Assembly (NCBI RefSeq): GCF_009914755.1
Contig: NC_060937.1
From: the human T2T-CHM13v2.0 reference genome, Homo sapiens
DNA: 64,000 nucleotides
Direction: 5' to 3' (one strand)
The notes beneath the pieces were generated by a model that saw only the letters and a list, made by a program, of their open reading frames with translations, searched no databases and had not been told where the DNA came from. The position numbers and the translations under genes were made by a program. Below are positions 28,442-44,311 of this stretch, piece by piece (position 1 is the first letter of the stretch; each line of letters opens with the position of its first letter).

Positions 28442-28662
28442 TAGTGTGAGTAATTGACATTATGCTGCCCTGTTTATGAAGGGTAGTCCTCTCCAAGCGC
28501 TCTTCCAATTTCACGCATACATGCTAGCTCATATCACCATGTCTCATGTATCTAAAATATGCCTCTCAATGAGCCAAAGCACAGTCATATTTATTTTGCT
28601 TTTTCTATTGCATTTTAAAACTATGAAATACTAGGAAACTTAAATATAGAAATAAATATAAC

Positions 28663-28862
28663 ACTTGGGAGGCTGAGGCAGGGGAATCAATTGAACCTGG
28701 GAATTTGCAGTGAGCCAAGATTGCACCACTGTACTCCAGCCTGGGCGACAGAGCGAGACTACATCTCAAAAAAAGAAAAAAAAAAAAAAAAGAAAAAGAA
28801 AGAAAAAGAAAGGAAAGAAAGAAAGAAAGAAGGAAAGAAAAAGAAAGAAAGAAAAGAAAGAA
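28663..28862 (+). mobile_element. 5'-truncated Alu right arm with long A/GAAA-rich tail
   Basis: cttgggaggctgaggcagg...ctccagcctgggcgacagagcgagact followed by ~95 nt of (A/GAAA)n. Confidence 0.85.
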
Positions 28863-28899
28863 AATATTTGTAAACTCACCACTTAGTTACAAAAAAAAC

Positions 28900-30275
28900 T
28901 AAACATTTAGAAATATTTGCTTCAGACCATGCTTTTAGATTGTCATGTATGTTTTTGTGATTTACTATGTAGATATATCACCAAAAGCAATATGTATGAC
29001 AGTTTTTCAAGTTTTGAAACTTTATATAAGAGATTAATGCTGTTTATACCTTGCTGTGACCTGATTTTTTTAAAATGTCTATCTGATAGATAGGACTCCA
29101 GTTCATTCATTCCCATTTTGTAATATTGCATTCATATTAAAGCACAGATTACTGAACGTATTTTTCTACTGATAGACATTCAGGTAATTTATAATTTTAT
29201 AGTTAAATCAATACCATTACAAAAACTATTTTTAGATGTCTGCTTTGCATATGTCAGAGTGGTTTTTTGTGGGGAGGAGTGGAGACACACATACACACAC
29301 ACATATCTTCATCTTTATTAAATATTGTCAAATAATTTCCAAAGTAATCATAATAATTTCAATTCCAAGCAGCAACTTGGGAGATTTACTATTTTTAAAT
29401 AGTCTTACTAACATTCCATACTGACAGATTTAAAATCTTGCTAATTTGAAGACTAGTGCCTTTATATTACTTTCACTTATTTGCATTGGCCTGATTACTT
29501 ATGATTTTGAGAATCATTTTGTGTGTGTGTGTGTTTTATATATACATCTTAGACAACAAAGTTTTTTCTTCTTTTAGAGATGGGGGTCTCACTCTGTCAC
29601 TGGAGTGCAGTGGTGCAATCATAGTTCATTACAGCCCCTGAACTCCTGTGCTCAAGCAAACCTCCCGCCTCAGCCTCTCAAGTAGCTGGTGCTACAGAAC
29701 GCACCACTACATCCAACTAATTTTTTTTTAACTGTAAAGATGGGGGTCTCACTTCATTACCCAGTTTCCAAGTACTTATTTATATGAATTACACCTATTC
29801 AGAACTTTGTCCAGTTTATGGGGTGTTTTGGGTATTTTATGTATTCCTTATATATTCAATGTACAAGTCTTTCATTTTTATGCTTGCAATTATTTTTTCA
29901 CTTTTTTTCACCTTGCTGATAATTTAATGTTCTAGATACTTTTATTCCAATGCTATCAAAGTTATTAATATTTTCCATTAATCTTTGTGCTTTTGTGAGT
30001 TGTCCAAGAAATCTTTCCTTAATCCAATATCATATTAATATTATCTTATTTTTTCTTCTAAAAGATTTAAAGTTTAGCTTTTTACTTTCATATGCTAAAC
30101 TCACTTTGAATTGATTTTTTTACATTGTGTGAAGTAATGTTTTAATTTATATTTTTTACATACAGAAATATTGTCCCAGTATCATTTATTTAAAAGCTTT
30201 CAATGACTATTCATGCCATGCTTGCCATACACCAAGTGACATCTATTATTCCATGTATGGATCTGTTTCTGAATT
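28900..30275 (-). mobile_element. Old L1M (L1ME-like) fragments, interrupted by an Alu fragment
   Basis: Degenerate antisense L1 motifs: ttgcattggcctgattact; aagaaatctttcctta; ttgtcccagtatcatttatttaaaag. Confidence 0.55.
29570..29765 (-). mobile_element. AluJ fragment
   Basis: agagatgggggtctcactctgtcac...gcaatcatagttcattacagcc...ctcaagc. Confidence 0.75.
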
Positions 30276-30292
30276 TTCAAAAAGTAGTTTCT

Positions 30293-30597
<305 letters not shown>

Positions 30598-31463
30598 CTA
30601 TCAGCTAAGGTCCTTAATATGCCTGAAAATTAATAATTAATAAAATTAATAATTAATTTACTTTCATATTGCTGATTTGTGGCTGTATTACTTGGATTGC
30701 TTTCTTCATGTGTTTCTCAGTTCTGGCTTTTTCTGTTTCTGGCCCATTTCGTTCAATTTAATTCTGAATTCAATTAAGGCTACTTAATGTTTTCATTCAT
30801 TACAATGAGTCAGGACTCTTATATTCACTGTTGGAACTCACATTATGATAACTGAAGGCTGACCCCCAGATGAGCACTGTCCTCTCTTAACCCCAGCTCT
30901 TTCTGCAAGAACATCCAAAAAATCTCCAGAAACTCCTGAGTGATTTCCTGCCCATCCTCCCTGTCTCATTTCTATGTGATTGCTGCAACTGGACATTCTT
31001 CTTGTGGTATCAGTGCTTTGCTTGACATGCTCTTTGCTGATGACTGCCATCACCATCACCACTCTTTTCCTGGGGAGAAGGACAAAAAAAAACACTGTGC
31101 TCTCTTTAGTGAGCGTGCTTAATTTCTCACTGCACAGCAAAGACTAATTAGTCATGATTAATGAAACTCTTTTAAAGTTTCTGTGATAAAGAAAGAAACC
31201 TTCACACACCTATGACCATGGCTTGGGGTCTCTTTCCAGGTTACTTCTATGCCTCATTCTGGCCCTGACTCTGTAAGGCAAGGGCTGGCTTATTCTCCAC
31301 CATAGAGTGTGCTCTGCTTATCTCCATGGAATCCAAGATAAGAGCTCCTACTGCAACGAAGAGGGAAATTTGCAACCTTAGGCTTGTCCCTTAAATCTTT
31401 TTTGCTCCTTCTTTGAGTTTCCTTCAAGATGATTGACCTTTGGTACATCCACGGCAATTGAGA

Positions 31464-31994
31464 TTTTATTAGTTTCCTATTGTCGTTAACAAATGCCACA
31501 AACTTAGTGGCTTAAAACAATAGGAATGCATTTTTACAGTTCTGGTGGTCAGAAAGCCAAAACAGGTCTCAATGGACTAAAACATAGGTGTTGGCGGGGC
31601 TGCATTTCTTCTGGTGGCTCCAACAGAGAATCTATTTCCTTGCCTTTTTCAGCTTCTAGAGTCTGCCCACAGACCTTGACTTTCAGTCCCTTCCTCCATT
31701 TTCAAAGCCAGCAAAGGCTGGTTGAGTCTTTCTCCCTTTGCCTCACTCCAACATTGCTTCCATTGCCACATCTTCTCAGGCTCTTCTGCCTCCCTCTTCT
31801 ACATTAAAAGGTCTTTGTGATTTCATTGGATCTACTCTAATAATCCAGGATAACTCGCCTTATTTTAGGGTCAGCTGATTAGCAAACTTAATTCCATTTG
31901 GAACCTTAATTCCCCCTTGCCATGCAACATGACATAGTCCCAGGGTCTGGAGATTAGGACATGGACCTCTTGGGGAGCCATTGTGCCTACCACA
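31464..31994 (-). mobile_element. MaLR LTR (MLT1D-like)
   Basis: tattagtttcctattg...ccacaaacttagtggcttaaaacaa...ataatccaggataa...gattaggacatggacctcttgggg...gcctaccaca. Confidence 0.8.
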
Positions 31995-34195
31995 GTAATA
32001 AATCCTTCTGTGCCCGGGGTTGTTATTGTTCCAAAAGCCACCAGAATATAAGAGTTTAGTATCAATACATTCACTAAATGCCAGGTTATTTTTCTTAAAT
32101 ATCTTTACATGTGAGACATCCCTACCTCTGTCTAGGTTGGGCTACATAAACTTCAGTCTAATTCCTATAGCACATGGTCATAAGATGAAAGGAACATCAT
32201 CAGGTTTTCATCCCTTGCTTTCAGATTTCAGGGTCTCCTTGTCCATCACCTATAGGCAGCTATTTAAGCAAGGGCACACACACGTGTTTCCTAAGTGAAA
32301 GAGTCAATATTCAAGTAAAAAAATCAAGACTCACTGTTGGGAAAAAAATTTACCTTTATCAGAAATTTGCAGAGACATCAGGGAAGATTTGCAGAGACAC
32401 AATTCCTAACAAAACACCCAATTTTCAATGCTAAACTACACAAATAGCCATCTGTCTGTAGTATTATGTTTGATTTAATTCCTTGCATTCAGCTCTTCTC
32501 TAAGGACATGAATGGTTACTTGGATACATACACATTCTAAAATGTCCACTTCCAATGTTATATTTTTTATAAAACAATGGGAAAATCTGCTCCAAAATTA
32601 ATTGTGTCTTCATTTTAGAAGATAGATAACAACTTGCAGCATTAATTTCCAATGTTTTCGTTTTAAAAATTATTGAGGTTCTATTTTACAGAGTACCCAT
32701 TGCATGTAATAGTTTAGTACCTATAACTTTGATATCCATGTATGAATGGATTTTCTAAGATTTTCTAAATATTAAAATATTTGCTTTTGTTGTCTATGTT
32801 CAGAGTTTAGGCTCTTAAAATGTTATCTATTTCTATCTTACCATACACTCCTGTATCTTAAATATTGCTGAAAGAATTTGCCAATTAGTTAAGACAATTT
32901 CTGCCATTAATTTTTTCCAAACACCTGTTTAATTTCTTCTGAGGTATCTAAGTTTCTGCCACATCCTACGATATTTCTTTCTTATTTTCAACGTCTAGTC
33001 AAGCAAATGTATTTATCTCATTTAAGGCATTTATGTCCTTAATGACTAGCCCAGGGTATTATCTTCTGTCATATTAAAACTAATATTGGAGCCTCTCCCT
33101 AATGAGGCCAAGAATACATTTGATCTATCTACCATTTGCCTTTCTCTTTTTCTCCCATGTATTACAAATTATAGAGAACAATTTATCTTAGTTGTCTAAA
33201 AATATAATCCCATAGAGGCAAGGATTGAATCTTTCTTGCATTCTATAACTTTCAAACAATTGAGTATAGAAAATGTTGAAGTGCTTAATTAACAAATGAA
33301 TCAAGGCACTACCATTTCTTTCTTAAATGTCACATATTTTTACCCAGCTAAAAATATTTTTCTGTGTTCTTGGCATTTTGCATGTGACATGGCATATGCT
33401 CTGAAAGTAACAATAGAATTACAACAGACCCCTCAACTGCTATTTTGAGTAAACTATTTTGTCATTGTAAAATCTTTTGTTAAAATGCAAGAGAAGATAA
33501 TTATTCCTTTTTTCTTTATGCCATTGTGAATAAAAATGCAGTGTACTTACAATAGAAAAATTATCATTGAACTGTCTAATGAGGTTGATATGGAGTCATT
33601 TTAGTAATACATTAATACTCTTGGGGCCACTTCATATTTTTTTACCCATGCTATTTCTGCCTCAATAACTTAAACATTGCTACTCTGATCAAAATCCGTT
33701 CATCAGGCTTTTCTTTTAAGGGACACAAGTACATAATCACTTCCTTTTCTGTTTAAATAGAGATCGGGCAATGCTGATATATCAGGATAACAGATTCCCT
33801 AAGCTGCCATTAAAAAGCCTAGCTCTATGGAATCAGACCTAGGAACAAGAGGTAACATTTGCCCAGAGAATTTGCAAGATTAAAACCCAGGTTCCTCAAA
33901 TATTTTAATATCTCAGTTGCAAATTAAGTAAAAATCAAACAATTAAAAGAGATCAACTTCATTTGTATGTAATGCCAAATAAATGCCTGGATTACTTTTC
34001 CTCCCATAAAATTAATGGGTTGGTTAATTAGTTAGTAGATTATTTGCCAAACTGTAGAAACAGAATATAATTGAACTACAAATTAAGATTATAGAAATAA
34101 GAAAAGTAAAGAGAAAATGAAGTGAAAAAATTAAGTAGGTAATTATGCATATTAAAATTCTGATGGAAAAGCAGTGTTTTGTATCTGAATCCTGA

Positions 34196-34586
<391 letters not shown>

Positions 34587-36108
34587 TAATTTTTCTCTTT
34601 TTAAGTGACAAAACTAAAAGGGAGAATCAATAATTCCCATTTTCTACATTTCAGAATTATGCATTTTTATCCTTGGATTTCTGTATGTCTTCTACCTAAA
34701 GCATTACACACACAATTATGTTTCTTTGTATAGTAACTTTTGTGGGCTTATTTCATTTTTAAAATCCATGCAACCATTTCACTCTACCCCATAACTTATC
34801 TATATTTGTATTTCTATGAAAACACTGTGTTCTCCTCAAACCGTGAGTAAAACTGATTCTCAAAGAGACACTCCAGGTTTATGCTGTGGTCCTGCTCTCC
34901 ACCTTTACAACCTAGGGCAAGTGTGATCCTCACTGGGCTCTTTCTCAGCAGAACCCTCAACAAAGGAGTCTCTTTTCTCACTCAGGGACAGCAGCAGACC
35001 AGGTGGACCTGCTAAGGGTTGACTTCCTCTGAAAAATGGAGCCATCACAACTGAGGAAGCTGTGATGAAAGTTTGCTGCTTTCTTTGTGGATAGCTAATT
35101 GATAGTTAAATTTTTATCTCATAAACAAAACAAATTCTTTCTTCAGCTTTATTGTGGTATAATTGAGAATTAAAACTGTACACTTTTAAAGTGTACATGT
35201 TGATGTGATACACGTATACACTGCAAAATGATTACCACAATTAACTTAATTAACACTTCTATTTCCTCACCTAGTTACCTTTTGTAGGAGGTGGGGCATG
35301 AAAACACTTCAGATCTACTCTTTTAGCAAATTTCAAACATACAATATGGTATTATTAACTATGGTCAATCATGCTGTTTATTGGATTTTCAGAATTTATT
35401 CATCTTATAACTGAGAGTTTGTTTCCTTTGACCATCATTCTCTCCATTACCCACACCTCTCAGCCCCTGGCAACCACCATTCTAATATCTATTTCTATGA
35501 GTTCAACTTCTTTTTCCCTCTGGATTCCACATATAACTGATACCATATAGTATTAGTCTTTCTCTGCCTGGCTTATTTCACTTAGCTTAATGCTTTCCAG
35601 GTTCATCCATGTTGTTGCTAATGGCAGGATTTCCTTTTTTCATATCTAAATAATCTATCTGTGGCACATTTTTGAATTCATTTCTTGTGACGCACAGGTT
35701 GTTGCCATATCTTGGCTTTTGTGAATAATGCCTCCATGAACGTAGGGCAGTAGCTATTTCTTTGAGATACTAACTGCCCCAACTGTTATTTCTTTGAGAT
35801 ATTTTCTTTGAGATTGCTGGATCATGTGGAAGTTCTATTTTTCATTTTTTGAGTAAGGTCCATACTACTTTCCATAATGGCTGTACTAATTTACATTGCC
35901 ATCCACAGTTTGCAAGGGTCCCCTTTTCTCTACATTCTCACCTAATTTGTTATCTCTTGTCCTTTTTATAATAGCCATCCTAACAGGTGTGAAGTGATAG
36001 CTTATTGTGGTTTTGATGTTCATTTCCCTGATGATTAGTGATGTTGAGTACCTTTTCATATACGTGTTAGCCATTTGCACACCTTTATTTTGGAAAAATG
36101 TCTATTCA

Positions 36109-36351
36109 GAGCTGGGCATGATGGCTCATCCCAGTAATTTTAGCACTTTGGGAGGACAAGGTGGATAGATCACTTAAGCCCAGGAATTCCAGTTTACATG
36201 AGCTATGATTGTGCCACTGCACTTCAGCCTTGGCAACAGAGCAAGACCCTGTTGAAAGAGAGAGAGAAACAAGGAAGGAAAGAAGGAAGGAAGGAAGGAA
36301 GGAAGGAAGGAAGGAAGGAAGGAAGGAAGGAAGGAAGGAAAGAAGGAAGGA
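36109..36351 (+). mobile_element. Alu monomer (FAM/FRAM-like or internally deleted AluJ) with GGAA-microsatellite tail
   Basis: gctgggcatgatggctca...gcccagga...tgtgccactgcacttcagcc...agagcaagaccctg; TSD gaaaaatgtc(t/c)attc at 36093 and 36352. Confidence 0.8.
36273..36350 (+). repeat. (GGAA)n microsatellite, 14 consecutive units (36285-36340)
   Basis: Counted directly from the sequence. Confidence 0.95.
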
Positions 36352-36514
36352 GAAAAATGTCCATTCGTGTCCTTTGCCCTTTTTTAATGGGATTTTTTTT
36401 TATTTACTCATCCTTTCAAAAATCTCCTTTCCTAGATTTCTATATCTGAGTCCGTGGAACCACTATTTATGCATTTACTCAAGGCTTAGGATTTATCTCT
36501 TTCCATAACACCCA

Positions 36515-37380
36515 CACACACATCCAATCCATCTGCAGATATTGTCACCTCTGCATCCTTCATCCATCTGTTTCTCTGTATCTGTACTGTTACTGCCTAA
36601 TCCAGGAACCTAAAATGCTTTTCCTCCTCACTTAACTTGGTTCCTTCTCAAATGTCAAATCTTCCTCAGAGATGTCTTCCCTGATCACCCTTTCTGGAGT
36701 AGCACCTGCCCCCTCTTCATCCTTTTCTCTTCTTCTACGTTTATTGCTTTTTCTTGATAACTAGCAGCTTCCTAATTCATCTTGTAGTTTCCATCGTTGC
36801 CCTTCACAAAACATTGTCTTCTTAGCTTCCTGAGTGATCTTGCACAATATAAAGAATACCATCCAAAACTTTTACTCTGGCCCCGAAGGCCCTATCTGAT
36901 CAGACCCTCCCTTTCTCTCTGCCCTGATTTCCCACCACCTCTCCCTTATCACTGCACTCCATGCAAACTTGATCTCTTTAGGGTTCTTTTGTTTCTGCCC
37001 CTCAGGCTCATACCTGTCCAGCTTTTCCTTTTGCCTTGATTTCTTTTCTCCCTAAAACTTCATAGAGCCCACTCCTTATCCTGGTTTTAGTCTGTCTTAG
37101 AGATGTCTTCTCTAAGTCTTCCCTAAGACTGGTGTCCCTAAAATACAAATATATGTATGCCCCAAGTTACTCTGTAACTCATTACATTGTTTTATTTTTA
37201 TTATAGCCCAAATCCTAATCCAGGTATCTAAATTTTTTGTTTAGTTATTTAATTTCATAGTTTTTGGCACTCCCAAAAGAATATAAGCTTTTCCTGTCTC
37301 ATTCAACACCATAAGTCCAATGCCTAGAATAGTGTCTGCCATAAAAGAGGGGTTAAATGAACGAATCAATGACCAAATGA
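36515..37380 (+). mobile_element. L2 LINE fragments
   Basis: catccaatccatc; tcaaatgtcaaatcttcctcagagatgtcttccctga; aatataagct...tgcctagaatagtgtctg...aatgaacgaat. Confidence 0.6.
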
Positions 37381-37740
37381 TCTATGATTCAGTAAAGCAG
37401 GAAGAGCATGTCCTTTACAAGATTCAATCATAAGAGTTGAAAACAAAGCAGAGAAAATGGCGTATTACATGAATATATAATATGTTTCTTACATGAAAAA
37501 TCTGGAAGTATATTAAAAGACCACTGAGCTCCGTCAGAGACTTATGTTCTGGTCACATGATATTAAGAATGTATAAAGTACCTGCATTCCAAAATTACCA
37601 CATCTTTAGATTTTTCATTTAAACATTGGCATTTAGTCTTGTGGGACTAACTCCATTTTACAGATGAGAAAACTAAGGCTTAGAGATTTGCAGAGACGTA
37701 AAACCAGTTGCACAGCTGAGAACTGAACTAAATTAAAAAA

Positions 37741-37773
37741 TATATATATATGATATATATATATATATATATA
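37741..37773. repeat. (TA)n microsatellite, interrupted
   Basis: tatatatatatgatatatatatatatatatata. Confidence 0.9.
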
Positions 37774-38749
37774 TTCCTTCTATTACATTACACACCAATT
37801 AGGCTTTGACTCCTGTAGCCATGGGGAAGTCAAGGATGTCTGGGGCCACAGCTTCAGTAACAAAGAGTGAAAACTGACATTAGTTTACAGGATGGTACAA
37901 GGTTAATCCATATGACATGCCTGCAGTGCACAGTATATGGCTGCCTATCCTACAAACACAATGAATACAAAGTTTCTTTGAAATCCATAAGATATCAATG
38001 CAAAATAATTATTACATTCAAAATAATCAAAATAATATAAGATGAAAACTTCTATATTACCATCGACTTAGAACTGTAATTGAATTTGTTATAAAATCTA
38101 GTATAGACACGGATGAAACAAAACAATGTGAAAATGGAAGGGTTAGGTTTTTTCTTTCATGAGTCAGATTGTATGGTACAGACATACAAAAGCATTTTGG
38201 CCTTGCAAAAGCCCATAGGTGTCTTATAATTGCCCTCCTACCTTGCATTCTGAGGTGGAATGGGAAGAGCAAACTTGGAGAGCTTTTTGGATGACTTTGA
38301 AATAATCCTTGCTTAGGAATGTTTAAAATCCTTTCATAGCATTCCTAATAAATTTGGTAGATATTATGATATTCCATTAAAGATACTTGACTCTGCTGAT
38401 AACAACAGGGTATGCACCATAGAATTTCACTTCATTCCTTGTTAAGAAGTACACAGAAACAAACTCAGTCAGGCCTAAGAAAATTGATCTCCATTAATAA
38501 TTTTTATAAATCTTTAACAATGAAAGCAAATGCCATAGTTACAGCCAACATTTCTGGAACATTTAGTAAGTGCCAGGTATTTTATATATACTATTGCCAA
38601 TATCCTGCCATCCGTGCAAGACAGGTAATATTAGTCATCAAATGATTTCTTTGAGTCCAGGTAGCTAAAAAAATTGGAGAATTACTATTTTAATCCAGCC
38701 CTCTCTTATCCCAAAGTCCTACTTTTTCTCTCATTTCACACTATCTTCT

Positions 38750-39680
38750 TCATTCTTTGATTTATTAAACAAGTATTTGCTTAACACCTATTACGTGGCA
38801 GGCACTGTTAGATCTATTCAATAAAGCAACATGGCTGCCCTTGTGGGCTTATAGTTCATCTAGACAGAAAGGACATAAACCAACATATAATGTAGCAAAC
38901 ATAACATTAGTATAATATTAAGTATATGGTTATACCCACTATAAAATAAAAACAAAACAGGAGAAAGAGCTAGAAATGAGTATTTGATAATCAGATCAAA
39001 GAAGTGTCCTGACACTAGACAGTTTAGGATCTCACTGGCCACTGGAAGGGCTCTGGATTTGCATATCAAAGGTTCCCTTTAAAAATTGAGAGCTAATAGG
39101 CCAAAGAATCTGTTTATGGTTATATGAACATTTCCAATGATATATTCTGCTTTTGACAGAAATATTTAAATAATTAATTTGCCTTTTCTTATTGAAAAGT
39201 TTATGGAGAACATTCTGTATATCAGGCATGGGAGACAAAGCTGGGGCTAAAAAGATGAGTAAGATAATAACTTCTCTTAGAGGAAGAAAGTAACAGAGAA
39301 ATTCATTTATGAATTTCATTCAAAACATGAGATTCATTCAAAAACATCTCATGAGGTCCCATTATGCTCCAAATCCAAATACTATGTGGGACATTGGAAA
39401 TACATCATGAGAAGGCATCACATTAGGAGAAAGGAGTCTGAAGGGGCACAGAAAACTTTCCTCAGAGGAGGAGACATAGGAAGTTGCCTTCAAGCATGAG
39501 TAAGAGTTTGCCACACAATGACTGGAAAGGTCAGCTAAGTAGAGGAGATGGCAAATAGAAGAAAGGGGAATTACACGGGGCATTGCTACTCAAGAACAAT
39601 AAGAAGACCTGGCAGGGTACAAGCAGGGCAGTGACAGGAAATAAGGCCAGAATAGCGGGTGGGGCTGGACTCTGAAAGTT
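38750..39680 (-). mobile_element. Degenerate L2 fragments
   Basis: aacaagtatttgcttaacacctattacgtggcaggcactg; acattctgtatatcaggca...aagatgagtaagat; aaaactttcctcagaggaggagac. Confidence 0.45.
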
Positions 39681-40145
39681 ACGATTTTTAAAGCATGCAC
39701 ACAGTCCAGAGACTGTGATAAGGGAACACTTTTAGTCTCCATGTCTCATGTTTCCCTGCGGAGGAACTTAACATTCTCTCACTCCACCCTGCTCACACTC
39801 CTCTCCAGAAGAGAAGGCTACAGGAAGATAGATTTGGGGAAGGAACTGAGCATGCGCAGCTCAAACACACATCTCATTTACAGGTAAAGCTCACAGGATC
39901 ATGTTCTGTCTGCCCCTATTGCCAGTGACTGGGTGGTAAAGCCTAATTCAGAGGTGAGCTATTAGAAAGACCATTTACCCTGAATCTAAAGTTAAATTCT
40001 TCAGTCAGCCTTATTAGGAATAAAACGTGACTTTTCTGTGTCCTTCAGTCTGTCTGACTTGTGCATATCTTCTCTCCCCATTGGTTCTTGACTTAGAAGG
40101 GAAAGGTTCCCGACTTATTGGCTTTCCTAAAACTCAATCACACCT

Positions 40146-40735
40146 GTGGAAGGCAGAATAAATGGCCCCCAAAGATGGGGGAGTATTTACATCCTAATCC
40201 CCTGATGTTTACATCCTAATCCTCTGAACCTGTGAATATGTTACCTTATGTGGAAAAGGGAACCCTGCAGATGTGATTAAGATTGAGAATTTTGAGATGG
40301 GGAGATTACCCTAGATTATCTTTGATTACCCCAATCTACTCATAGGAATCTTTAAAAGCTGAGAGTCTTTCCTGGTTAAGTCAAACAGAGATGCAACAAT
40401 AAACGAATGATCAGAGAGATGCAGCATGGGAAAGATTCAATCAACCATTGCTGGCTTGGAAGATGGAGTAAGGGAGCCACAAACTAAGGAATTGGGCAGC
40501 CTCTGGATGCAGAGAACAGTCCCTTGACCAATAGTCAGTAAGGAAATGAGGACCTTGGCCCTACCACCACAGGGAACTGAATTCTGCCAACAACCTGAAT
40601 GAGCAAGAAATGTATTCTCCCATAGATTCTCCAGGAAGGAATGTAGCCTGGCTAACACCTTGATTTTAGCTCAGTGTAGTTTTAACCTACTGAATTTGAG
40701 GTAATTTGTTATGGCAGCTATAGAAAATTAATACA
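40146..40735 (+). mobile_element. MaLR LTR (MLT1D/E-like)
   Basis: tgtggaaggcagaataaatggccccc...gaacctgtgaatatgttacctt...ctgaattctgccaacaacctgaatgagc...gtaatttgttatggcagctatagaaaattaataca. Confidence 0.8.
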
Positions 40736-41924
40736 ACAATACAAGGAGCCAATGGAGGCTTTAACCCAAGAGGGATGACATGCTCAGATGGAGATAGCAA
40801 TTACAGTGACCAATAGCATCTGAGTTGGGAAATGTTTGTGAGAGCAAGTAGAGAGCATTTGGTGATGAGATGCAGAGCTAGATGAAGGAGCTAGGTCAGT
40901 TTAGGGATTGAGTGGATGTTTATACCATTACCCAAGACTGAGACCTGTGAAAGAGAAACGGATTTGCAAGAGCAAATCCTAAACTCGATTATGACATGCT
41001 AAAATTGAGGTATGGTATATAAGGCCTCTAAGACATTCTGGTGAAGGTTTTAAACAAATTGTTGGAAACAAGTGCCTGAAAGAAAGCAGAGACATTGTAT
41101 AGATCATAGTGGGTAAGACAATGCAAAGTGAGAAAGATAACTGCCTATCTAGTCATGATTGGATCATGAAAAAATTATTTTAAGCAATTTGTTTATTTTT
41201 TTTTTTTTTTTGCTACTATACCAGGCATCTACAGCTCTACATAAGGAAAATGTCACCAGGGTAAATTTTGTAAATAAATAGATATTTTTCTAGAAGTCAC
41301 TACAGGAGTCTGTTCAGTTTCATGCCATATCCTAGATATAGCCTCCCATTTTTGTTTTTTATCAACACTGTAGTTTTAGACCTTGAAGTCACCAGTAAGA
41401 AATTTAAGATTTTTCACAGATAATCCCACCACGTGCCACACCTAGAATCACACATTTTACACTGGTTTTGAATCAGGTAAGCACTTAACCAGATCATTCT
41501 CTTCATCTTTTGATTATCCTTCTACTCTGCATTTCTCTTATGAATTCATACCAAAGAAAACATTGCTAAGTAATTTTCTCATAGCTTAAAAAGTGTTGCC
41601 CATGAAACTGCAGTTAAAACCTTACCTTATGTCTTAACTCCTATTGTTCTTAGAAAGTCAGTTTAGATAACATTTTCTTTCTAAAGTTGAAAATTATCTT
41701 CATTTGTTCTTTATGAGACCTCAGCTAGCTTCATATAACCAAAAACGTCAAGACTTCTTACTTACTTCTGAGTTTCATGATAAGACACTTTATGATCAGG
41801 AGTTCTTAGGCAAGGACAGAACTTCAGATTGGTCAGATAACTTATTTTACATAGCTGGATTTACATAAATGGCTCAAGACACCTGCCTTCCTAAAAACAA
41901 ATAAAATTTTGAAAGTTTTTTAAA

Positions 41925-43140
<1,216 letters not shown>

Positions 43141-44311
43141 GAAAAACAGATGAACTTTTAATTGTATTTTGAAAACTCTATATAGATAGTTGAATGAACA
43201 CTCTGAAGTGAACACAATTTCCTGTATTGTGTATGAATATATTGCCTTAGTTAAGAAGTAAAAGGACAGGAGGTTGGATCTTAGTCCTCTATATTTGTAA
43301 GTAAAAATGACACAAAATCATGAAAATGCAAGACCATCAAAAACCACAAAGGCCTGTTTATTTGTAATAGATTCCCTTTGGAATCCTTGTGGCCAATTTC
43401 AGGAGGAGAGCAGAAAAGAGGTTCTGGTTTGCTATTTGCCTTGATGGCCTGATTCTCAATGATCAAGTGATAAGAAGCCCTTGGAAGACTTTCCCATGAG
43501 TTTAGCATGCTTAGACTAAAGAAAGGTGAGACCTGGGTTGTCACATTGTTCTGAAAGCTGAATATTGTTTTATTTAAAAACAAAACCAAAAATAGCACAT
43601 TGGGTACTATCACAAAATGCAGTCAAATGCTACTAATTTTTTCTGCTAAGGAACATTTAACTAGATTAATGAACTAAAAGTCAAATGTTAAGCATTTTTT
43701 AACATTCTAGCACTTTTAATCAATATCTCTGTAGCTGTCCTTCTTCTCTAAATACAAGATTAATTATTGAGCACTTGAGCTACTTAAATATTACAGCCTA
43801 CAGAAATCTTTCCACTTGAAAAAGATTGCACCAAAATTTTCCAATGTCTGTTTTAAGAAGTGGTAGTTTCATAGAATATGAATAAGCCCCGAAAGGGCTT
43901 CATGACCAATAAAGGTAAATAGCTTCTTTACCGCAGATCCTCTCAAAGTCAATATTAGATGAATGAATGAATGTACAATATGAAACTCCAAGAAGTTACT
44001 GGGTACTGAGAACTTCTCCAGAACTTATTTGTCTGTAGAATTCTTTTTAAAACTATCTCAAGGGACTATATTTGAAAACCTTGGATCAGATTGACTGAAA
44101 ACATAATTGGTACATAAATGATTTACATATTATTTAAATTGTTGTGGGGAAGAGAGCTGTCAGAAATGCTCTAGTCTAAAAATGGGAAAACATTCATTTT
44201 CTTGAATGTGTTTTTATGGCCAACTCATAAAGAAATCTAGTTCTGACTAGACTGTTAACATCTTTTATGATTCAACAATTGTTCATTGATTGCCCTAGAC
44301 ATTAAGAAATG

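Larger units (their letters stand above)
35135..36400 (-). mobile_element. L1MA/L1MB-type 3' fragment interrupted by an Alu monomer
   Basis: gatctactcttttagcaaatttcaa; cagcccctggcaaccaccattcta; ggttcatccatgttgttgc; atagccatcctaacaggtgtgaagtgata. Confidence 0.8.

Noticed and set aside
32363-32400. Short direct repeat atttgcagagaca x2 (also small duplications at ~9947, ~17730, ~35756, ~40186)
   Set aside because: Two or three short copies from local slippage; no spacer array, not CRISPR-like.
36198-36508. ORFs with repeating EGRK peptides
   Set aside because: Translation of the GGAA microsatellite.
43884-43900. aagccccgaaagggctt, resembling a GNRA hairpin, terminator or hammerhead stem
   Set aside because: Only a 6-bp stem, no CUGAUGA core nearby, no U-tract, eukaryotic context; expected by chance.
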